A stretch of DNA of 42,335 nucleotides, from positions 496,001-538,335 of the forward strand of contig JAVKOQ020000004.1 of NCBI GenBank assembly GCA_031835245.2. Direction: 5' to 3'. Position numbers and translations under genes: made by a program. The stretch is from Balamuthia mandrillaris (taxonomy: Eukaryota). Numbering within the stretch: the first letter of the stretch is position 1; every line of letters starts with the position of its first letter. A model generated the notes under the pieces. It was given only the letters and a program-made list of their open reading frames with translations, was not told where the DNA came from and did not search any database. Below are positions 34,100 through 42,335 of this stretch, piece by piece.

Positions 34100-34783
34100 A
34101 TGAAGAGGATACCGATGGTACAGGAAGGAGAAGCCTTGGTATCTGAAACCAACCCAACAATGAACAACAACCACCCCAAGCAAGCTTTTGTGGTGCGATC
34201 GCTTCCTTCTTCTTCTCCTTTAACAACAAGTGAAAACAAAAAGGGCAAGGAGCCTTGTTGTATGGAAGACTTGCCGCCGGACCTGCTGAGCAAGATCTTG
34301 GCAAGCCTGCCCAAGGAGAACGTAGCGGTTGCTGCAAGGACCTGTCGCTCGTGGTACGCTTGCAGCCCCGTGCACCTCAGGCAGAAGTTTTCTCTGAGGT
34401 GGGTATGCAGCTGCTTGGGGGCCTTGAAGTGGGCACGCCTTGAACAGGGTTGCCCTTGGCACGCCAAGGTTTGCCAGGCCGCCGCAGGGACGGGCTGTTT
34501 GGCGGCGTTGAAATGGGCGAGAGCCAACGGCTGCCCTTGGGATGAGTACACTTGTGCCTACGCTGCTGGCTACGGCCAGCTGAAAGTGCTGAAATGGGCG
34601 AGAGCCAACGGCTGCCCTTGGGACGAGCACACCTGTGCCTTTGCTGCCAAGAATGGCCATTTGGAGCTGCTCATGTGGGCGAGAGAGAACGGCTGCCCTT
34701 GGAACTGGTGGACTAGCTTCAATGCCAAGAAGCACGGTCATTTGGAAGTGTTGGGATGGGCAAACGCTAACGGATGTTGGTGA
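34100..34783 (+). CDS. F-box-like plus 'WARANGCPWD' divergent ankyrin-repeat protein, intronless
   Basis: MEDLPPDLLSKILASL...AARTCRSWY (F-box-like), then repeats of CxxAAxxGxLxxLKWARANGCPWD. Start codon uncertain. Confidence 0.8.
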   Translation: MKRIPMVQEGEALVSETNPTMNNNHPKQAFVVRSLPSSSPLTTSENKKGKEPCCMEDLPPDLLSKILASLPKENVAVAARTCRSWYACSPVHLRQKFSLRWVCSCLGALKWARLEQGCPWHAKVCQAAAGTGCLAALKWARANGCPWDEYTCAYAAGYGQLKVLKWARANGCPWDEHTCAFAAKNGHLELLMWARENGCPWNWWTSFNAKKHGHLEVLGWANANGCW

Positions 34784-35015
34784 GAGAGCTCTTCGTTGGT
34801 CTATCCAGCTGATGGACTGTAGGAATGGCTTGTTGAAGGCGAGGAGCCCTACTGCTTTGTTGCTGGCCGGCAGTGAGTATAAAAATCTTTTCCTCATCTT
34901 GTTGTTCTTCTTGTTGTTCTTCTTCTTCTTCTTCTTTCTCTTGTAGTCTTTTTCGATAGCGAGTCCATTGGCGAGTGGGCCGAAGGCTCTCACATCCTTT
35001 TTCCTCCTGCTACCG

Positions 35016-35046
<31 letters not shown>

Positions 35047-35393
35047 GTAGAGAGAAGAAGGAAATGGCAGGAAGAGTAGGGTGGGAGCCAATGACGGTCC
35101 ACCAAAACACCGCTCGCAGAGCAAATCCTATACACACAAGAGTGCCTTTAGAGATTCCTTAGGCCTCATGACAGTGAGGCCAAAGGGCTACAAGCGCACT
35201 CACATTCTCTCTCTCTTTCTCTCTCTCTCTTGGCTCTCTTACTCATTCCTCTTTGCTTCTCTCTTTGCACAACAAAAAAGGCACAGATACAACAAGTTGA
35301 AACAATAGAGAGAGAGAAAAAAAAGATACAACAATAAAACAAGTGCAATAAAATAAAAACCAACCCAAGCGCCTCCCTCCATCCACCATCCTT

Positions 35394-38300
35394 TTAAACA
35401 AAACGAACCACCAAACATGCGATGTCGTCGCCGCTCCTCTCGTAGAAAGCAGTGTCACGAACCCTTACAGCCGCAGAGAGAGCATCCGGCTCGCTGAGAG
35501 CCACTCCGATGGCCTCCTTATCCGAGAGCACATCCCAAACTCCATCGCAGCCCATCACCAAGTACATCGGCGGGACCTCCACCGTCGAAACGGCATCGGA
35601 GGAGATGGCACCGGTATCCGTCACGTCGCTGCTGCTCGCCGTCAAGGAGCGGAGGGCGTGATGTGTGGGACGACTCGTGCGTCGAGAGCGTAACACAGGC
35701 GAAGGGAAGCGAGAGGAATTGGAAAAGTAGGCGGGAGAGGTGGAAGGAGAGCCGATAGGGGAGGTTGACGTGTCGGTTGTGACTTCCTGTGGCTCGCTGT
35801 CAGCCTCCAAGGCTTGAAGGTAGGGCTGAGCGTCTTTAGTGCGCATGGCCACGGTAGGGGTAGCGCACTCCGACTCGTTGCCGTGGTGGAGGGCAGTATA
35901 CCTCATACGCTTTATCTGCTTCTTTAGCCGTTTCCTCTTTTCCTTTTCCTGGTGTTTGTTGCCGCGAATGGGGAGCTCCGTGATGGTGATGGTGGGCTCA
36001 TCAGAGATGTAAGGCCGCCAGCTAAAATCGCCCATGGCTCTGGAGACGGCGAGACCGCCGTAGCCTCCACTGGCGAAAGTCTGGCAGATCCTGTACTGTC
36101 TGCTGACAATCTGATCGGCTCGCACCTGGCCACCAACGCCACGAATGCGGCGAGCCTCCTCATCATCCTCCGGCCGGTGGTCCGTGCTTAGCCGTACCAC
36201 ATCGTAGCCGTTAAAGAAGACGGCGCGGGAGTCTCCCACGTTAGCCACGTAAAGAGTATTACCGACGACCAGGGCCACCACCGCCGTCGTTCCGCACTCC
36301 ACCTTCATGTCGTGCTTCTGAAAGTGAGCCAGCATGCGAGCGTTAACCTCTGCGAAGGTTCTGCGCAGCGCCATTTCCGGCTCCGGATGAAGGTCCATCT
36401 GCTCGGCCAGAACGCGGTGGAACTGGGCGCTGCAAAAGGCGGAGGCGTGCTTGCCCCCGTGACCGTCAAACACTGCAAAGTAATCCTCGTCGTCGCGCCC
36501 GCGGAAGCAGCCGCGAACCACCAACACGTCTTCGTTCTTGCGGGCCATACCAATCATCTTGGCGCAGCCGTACTGGAACCGGGAGCTGAGATAACCCTCC
36601 TCGTGTTGGCCCAGGAAGGCAGGGAATGAGTACTCTTCCTCAGGAACGGCTGGGATAAACTCCTGTTCCAGTACGATGGGCTGAGGAGGCTTGTCCTTTC
36701 CCTTTTCTTTGTCTTTGTCATTGGATTTGCTGTCTCGGAGCATTTGTCCATGGCCCTTTTTCTTCTTCTTGTGGGACTTTTCCTTGTCCTCCTTCTTCCG
36801 TTCCTTCTCTTCTTTCTTGCGTTCCTTTTCCTCCTCTTTTTTCTTTTCCTTCTCCTCTTTCTTTTTTTCCTTCTCCTCCTTTTTCTTTTCCTTGGTCATA
36901 GCAGCTGATTCCTTCTTCCCTGTCACGAAGCTCTTCATCTTTGCTCCTCCTTTGCTGATCTTGGTTTTGGTTTTCGTGGAGCCCATGCCAGGAGGGGACT
37001 TAATCTCAGGGGGAGGCGGCGGAGGAGGGACAGAGGAATGTTGTGGCAGGGGTGGTGTGCCAAACGAAGTTTGTTGGTGGGCAGTTGTAGGAGTAACTTG
37101 CCGGGAACGTAGCGGTGAGGAAGCAGGGGCGGAAGAAGAAGATGGTTGTGAGTTTGGGTGATTGGGGCGTTGTAGAGAGGGAGAAGGGGAAGGGGAAGAT
37201 CGTTGCGATGAAGGAAGTGGAGTTAACTGTTGGTGAGCCGTTGCTCGATGCTGAGAAGGAGAAGGGTTGTTGAAGGAGACGTTGTGGCGTCGGGGAGAGG
37301 GAGGGGCGACAAGAGGAACGACTATATTGCCGTTTGACTTTTTGCGTATGCCAAACTTTGTGTCCGTTTTCTCTACTTCGCTGCTGGGCTCTGAGGTGCT
37401 GCTCTCCCCGTTCTCAGAATCTGAGGAGGAACGGTGCTCGCCACTCCAGCTTGAGGCACTGCCCTCCTCCTCAGTGTCTCCACCGCTGCCTCCTTCCTCC
37501 TCTCCAGATGGTAGAGGGTCTTCGGTGGTGGCATCTTCCCCAGAAGACAGATCCAACGTGAGCTCTTCATCGTCGTTCTGTGCTGCCTTCACAGTCTTCT
37601 CCAGGGCTTTGAGCTCCTGTTTCTTGATCTTCGGCAAGGTGACGTCAGGAGAAACATCTATCTCGAGGAGCTGCCGCACCAACAAGGGCAAAGTGGAGGG
37701 CAAGGAAGCCAGCGATGAGCCACGCAGGTAGAGCCGCTGCAGGTTGGACAGTGCGGGAAGGGTCTCAGGGAGGCGCAGCTGCACCCTATTGTTGGCCAGA
37801 GACACCCAAGTGAGGGCCTGTAGCTGGCTAATCTTTTTGGGGAGAGAGGGCAGCGCGTTGCCTGAGAGGTGCAGCTCCTGCAGAGCGGAAAGGCTGAGCA
37901 AGATACGCGGAAAATGTTCGAAACGGTTGTAGCTGAGGATGAGTTGTTTGGTGTTCATGCTCTTGGCGGCCATCTTGGTGTCAGCGAACATGGGCAAGCG
38001 CCCAATGCCTTCTGGCAGTTCAGTCAAAAGATTGTGGTAGAGATTTAGGGAGACAAGGGCAGTCATGTTCTCGATGGAGTCAGGCAGCTTTTGCAGCATG
38101 TTGGCCCCAAGGTGCAAGTCATAGACTCGAGTCATGCCGCTCATCACGCTATCCAAGGTTTCCGAATAGCGCAGCCGGTTATGTGCTACGTGCAGCACTT
38201 GAAGGGCGGGCAATTGTCCCACTTCCGGCGGCAGCTCTTCCAGCAGGTTGTGAGACACGTCCAGAGTTTCCAAGCAAACCAAACGGGTGATGTCGGCGGG

Positions 38301-40139
38301 CAGCGCCTTGATTGAGTTGTTGCGCAGGACCAAGGTCTTCAATGACCTAAGCGTTCTGTACACAAAGTCCGGCACGTACTTGAGCTTGTTGTTGTTGAGG
38401 AACAAGCGGGTGACTCCTCGCCACTTAATCAACTCCTGTCGCTCTGCTCTCAACAAAAGCTTCCGCCGTCTCTCGCCAGAGGTGTGTATAGCTTCCCAAT
38501 TTGCTTGCTTGGAAGCTCCACCTCTAGGTGACGTTATCCTGTCCTCCTTCTCAGCCCACCCACTCGACCTCGCTCGCCTGTGCTTCTTTCTCCGGTTGGA
38601 TGATGCTTGCTCTGCTGCCTCGGCCTTTTCCAGTGAGAGCAACATGGCGTCTGCACTGGAGCTCGTTTGGTGTGGCTTGATCATGTCTTCTGGTTGACTA
38701 TCCATCGAGCTGCTCCGTGTTAGCGGCTGTGGTATGGGCATTGGCTTAGATCTCGAGCTCTCAGCCTGTCTTTCTCCACCGGCATTGCTAGGACTCCCTC
38801 CTTCTCTGTCCGCCACAGCGTTGTCCTCCTCTGCTGTTGGAGACTCCTCCTCCGCCTCTATTTCTGCCTCTCCATCAAAGGTTAGACGTTTAATGGCTGG
38901 AGAGTCGTCTTCAATACTGCCTGAAATGCTGTCGCCTCCTTTTCTGCGAAGAGGAAATGACAGAGATGGTGCGGTAGTGTCAACATCAACATCACCTGGC
39001 CGCTTCCCCAGAGACTTGACTCTGCGAGGATGTTTCTTGTCACTTTCGTTGCGCATAATGTGCTTCAACTTGTTATCGCTGAGATCGATAACCAGAAGCT
39101 CGCTCATCATCCCCAGCTCTATCGGGACCTTCTTTAGCCGATTCTTGAACACTACTAACCGCTGCAGCAGCCGTAGTTGCCCAAGCTCTGGTGGTAGCAC
39201 TTGCAGTTCGTTTTCCACCAAGATCAACTCCGTCAACGCCCGTAAATTGCTTGTTTGTTGGCGTTAATAACCTGCGAGAAAGAGAAGAGAACGCGCGGAG
39301 AAGAGGGAAACCGGAGCAGAGAAAAGAGAAAAAGAGCGGAAAGCAGGTGCGAAAAGGCGTACCCTATTTCGGGAGGCAGAAATTGAAGGCGGTTGTGTCG
39401 AAGGTTAAGGAAGCTGAGGTTTTCTAGCAAGCCAATCTGAGGCGGAAGCAACGTAAGATAATTGCCACGCAAGTTAAGAACTCTGATCTGACCAGCAGCC
39501 TTCTTACAAAACGAGGCAGGCACGCACGTCAGCTCATTCCAGCCAAGGTCCAAGTCCTCCAGGCTTTTGAGATTGGCCAACTTTTGCAAGGCCGGAAGAA
39601 AGAGAAGAAGCAAAGAAACATAACAAAGAGAAAGAGAAATGCACAAGAGCGTGACATAAAATAAGAGAAGAGTTCCAGCACAAGCAGCAGCAATGGAGAA
39701 AAGAAGGAAAAAACGAGAGGAAAAGAATAGAAACAGCAGAGAAAAGCCAAGGAAAGAGAAAACAAACAGAAAAAGAAAGACGTACGACTCTTGGAAAACT
39801 GGAAAACCTGTTAAAACTGAGGTCCAGCACTTTGAGGTTGACCAAGTCCGCAAAGTCAGGCGGCAGCGCGCTCAGCCGATTGACCTGGAGGCCCAGCTTG
39901 GTGAGTGTGGAGAAGGAGTAGCAGAAGCCCTGCGGCAAGGCCAGAATGTCGTTAAAGTCGCAGGAGAGGACTGTCATCCGGCCGCGCAGCTGGATGAGGT
40001 CGGCCGGCAGCGTGGCGATGCCCAGGCGAGCCAGGTCCAGGTTGCCCGTTTTCAGGCAGTTGCGGATCTTCTTTTCCAGCTCGAAGCTGGAGTAGGAGAT
40101 GAAGGTTCTGCCCTGGGGCTTGCCTTCGATGTTACCCAT
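35394..40139 (-). CDS. LRR + PP2C phosphatase (PHLPP-like architecture) with possible N-myristoylation; spliced at the 5' end
   Basis: MGNIEGK start. Many LxxLxLxxNxLxxLP repeats. PP2C motifs NED, FAVFDGHGG, GTTA, ANVGDSRAV, DHRP, LAVSRAMGD, GCDGVWD, GDDI. Confidence 0.92.
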
Positions 40140-41361
40140 GGTGCCTCCTCTTCTTTCGCTTGTAGTTGCCCAGTGTGTAGAGGTAGTGCTCGATTGTGCG
40201 TCGTTGGGTCGCCGTTGTGGGTTATGAAGTGGGACGACTTGGCGGGTTTTTGGTTGTTGTAGTGGTGGTCACTGCTTTTTTTCTTCTTCCTCTTCTGCTG
40301 CTTCTTCGCAAGTCAAAAAATAAAATAAAAAAAATAAAAACCACCCACCCACCACAAAAAAAAGAGAGAGGGTCTCCTTGCTGACGAATTGAAGAGGTGA
40401 GTCAAGGAGCGAGAGACAGCCGCAAATAAAAAAAAAAATGGAGCAGTACAACCACACCACCCCAGTCAAATAAAAGAAAGAAGAAGAGAGCAGTGGAACG
40501 AGGAAGGGGACGAGAAAAAGAAGACAGCGAAAAAAAAAAAAAGAGAGGAGGAGGAGGAAAAAAATAAAATGGAGTAAGATGAAAAGGAGAGAAAGAAACA
40601 AACGAATCGATCGTGTGTTTTTTTTATTTCTCTTCTCTTCTTTTCTCCCTTTGTTTTATAACGAACAAAACACCAAAAAAAAATAAAATGGTTACAATAA
40701 TAAATAGCACAAGAGATGAAGGAAGGAGAGAGAGAGAGAGAGAAAAAAAAACAAATGTACAAGCAATCGAAAAAAAAAAGTACAAAAAAGATGAGTGCTG
40801 GTAGCAAAAAACAAAAACAAAAACAAAAAAGTCCGTTACTTCCTTCTCCCTTGTCGGCAAGAGAGAAAGAAGAAGAAGAAAAGGAAAGAAAGGGAAAGCA
40901 AAGCAAAGAAAAGGAAAGCAGAGAGAGAGAGAGAGAGAGGAGATAAGAAAGAAGATAGCGAAAGAGAGGGGCTTAACCCACCTTAAGAACGACGTTTTGT
41001 AGGGCGCAAAGGAGGCCGCTAAAGGTGGGAAAGGAAGGTTCGCGCGAACTCGTGTCGTGTGCGGGCGGTGCACGGGCAAAGGAAAGGGAAAAAAAAAATA
41101 ATTATTATGGTGACCAAAGGGGAAAAAAAAAAACAAAGAAGGAAGATTTTAAGGCGATTGGGGGGTTGGCTAAAATGACTGAAATTTCGTGTGTTCGATT
41201 GAACCAGGTTCGGGGAAATAGCCGCCCGATCGGATCTCACCTTCGGTCGCATTACGCAGAGAAGAGAAGAGAACAATGAAGAGAAGAAAAGGAGGAAGAG
41301 AAGAGGGCCGATGATGAGTAGAGAGAGAGCCAGAACCCAATCGTTCGTTTGCAGTGGTGTT

Positions 41362-42240
41362 TTAGGCGGGTTTATTATGAATCATAGGTTTGTCAACGTT
41401 GGCGCACTCCACGTCTCCAAAGAGCAGGCGGAAGATTGGCCGCTGCCCCGCGGTCACGGGCATCATCAATACCCTCTCCGGGGCGATCCTGCTCAGCTCC
41501 AACACCTCATTTCGCATTTCTTCGTACCATCGGATCATTTCTTCATCCGTCATGTGCAACGTGTAGCCGGTGGGGTGCATTGTCTGCCAGTATGACCAGC
41601 TCTTGCGCCACTCCGTCGGCTCCCTCTCCAACCAGATGTAGCGAGCGTCCGGCCAGAGGATGTTCTTCACCCTGATGTCCACCCCGGCGTACACTCCGTC
41701 CTCCCTCTTGTGTCCAGGGTGTCCTAAAGGAAAGTCGGAGAAGCTATCCTTGTCATCTAGAGCAGCCCTGAACTCTTTGCAGATTGTCCTAACATGTCGT
41801 TCAACGTGGGGAGGGATTTGATCCAAGGGAAAATGCCGAACAAGTTGGCTGGCATGGGTAAGGACCGCTTCCCACTTCAAATAAAAGGGATAATCCCAAC
41901 CCATGTCCCGAAAGCCTAGGGTTTCGAGCACTAGCCCGGTGGAGGTGGTGGCTGTCTTGGGAAGAGAATGAACAAATACTTTGAAGTTAGGACGCCCTTT
42001 GACGTGGCAGATTCCTGGCGGTCCGGCTGTCATCGTGGTGGCCACTCCAGCCACAGGCCAGGGCGGAAGCTGGGCTTTGGTAGACTCCGCGTGTGAGGAT
42101 ACGGAGGGTTCGGCGTCCTCTGAAACGACCTGTTTCATAGAGTTCATCCCCAGAAGATAGAGGAAAGGAAGGAGGAACACTATCGCCATCACTACTCCTA
42201 GAAGCTTGTTAGAATCTTCCTCTTCTGCTCTGCGTCCCAT
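41362..42240 (-). CDS. Membrane-anchored P-loop sulfotransferase-like protein, intronless
   Basis: N-terminal TM. KVFVHSLPKTATTSTGLVLETLGF (5'-PSB loop), FSDFP, WPDARYIWLEREPTEWRKSW (3'-PB), APERVLMM. Confidence 0.75.
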   Translation of the reverse strand: MGRRAEEEDSNKLLGVVMAIVFLLPFLYLLGMNSMKQVVSEDAEPSVSSHAESTKAQLPPWPVAGVATTMTAGPPGICHVKGRPNFKVFVHSLPKTATTSTGLVLETLGFRDMGWDYPFYLKWEAVLTHASQLVRHFPLDQIPPHVERHVRTICKEFRAALDDKDSFSDFPLGHPGHKREDGVYAGVDIRVKNILWPDARYIWLEREPTEWRKSWSYWQTMHPTGYTLHMTDEEMIRWYEEMRNEVLELSRIAPERVLMMPVTAGQRPIFRLLFGDVECANVDKPMIHNKPA

Positions 42241-42335
42241 CGGATTGTGTGTAGGGTAGTCCTGTCTTCTTTTTCCTCGTTTGCGACCAACAGAAAGACA
42301 AAAGTTGGGTGAAGGGATCCAGACCGGTTCCTTTT

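Overview
Gene-dense eukaryotic DNA with many short GT-AG introns and (CT)n-rich tracts. The gene content suggests a free-living amoebozoan protist (inference). About 13 host genes are present: a SAPS/PP6-regulator 3' end, RING-H2 E3, RhoGEF, SCCPDH-like oxidoreductase, GT2-like glycosyltransferase, M1 aminopeptidase, KANSL2-like protein, RanBP2-ZnF/RING protein, CUE-vWA-U-box protein, ankyrin protein, T4 Rnl1-like RNA ligase, F-box/giant-virus-type ankyrin protein, LRR-PP2C and a sulfotransferase-like protein. A rearranged island at ~10.8-17.8 kb holds an acid-phosphatase pseudogene, a 5'-truncated telobox-like Myb ORF and a hemivirus-type Ty1/copia element. The most notable item abuts the 3' LTR: a ~340-bp Fanzor/TnpB remnant. 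Its RuvC-II/zinc-finger part is inverted relative to its RuvC-III part, it is followed by an omegaRNA-like structured segment, and it is bracketed by an 18-bp direct repeat. I also found an intronic H/ACA snoRNA candidate and a ~340-bp fold-back element beside the RNA ligase gene. All calls come from manual reading of the sequence; no database searches or folding programs were run.
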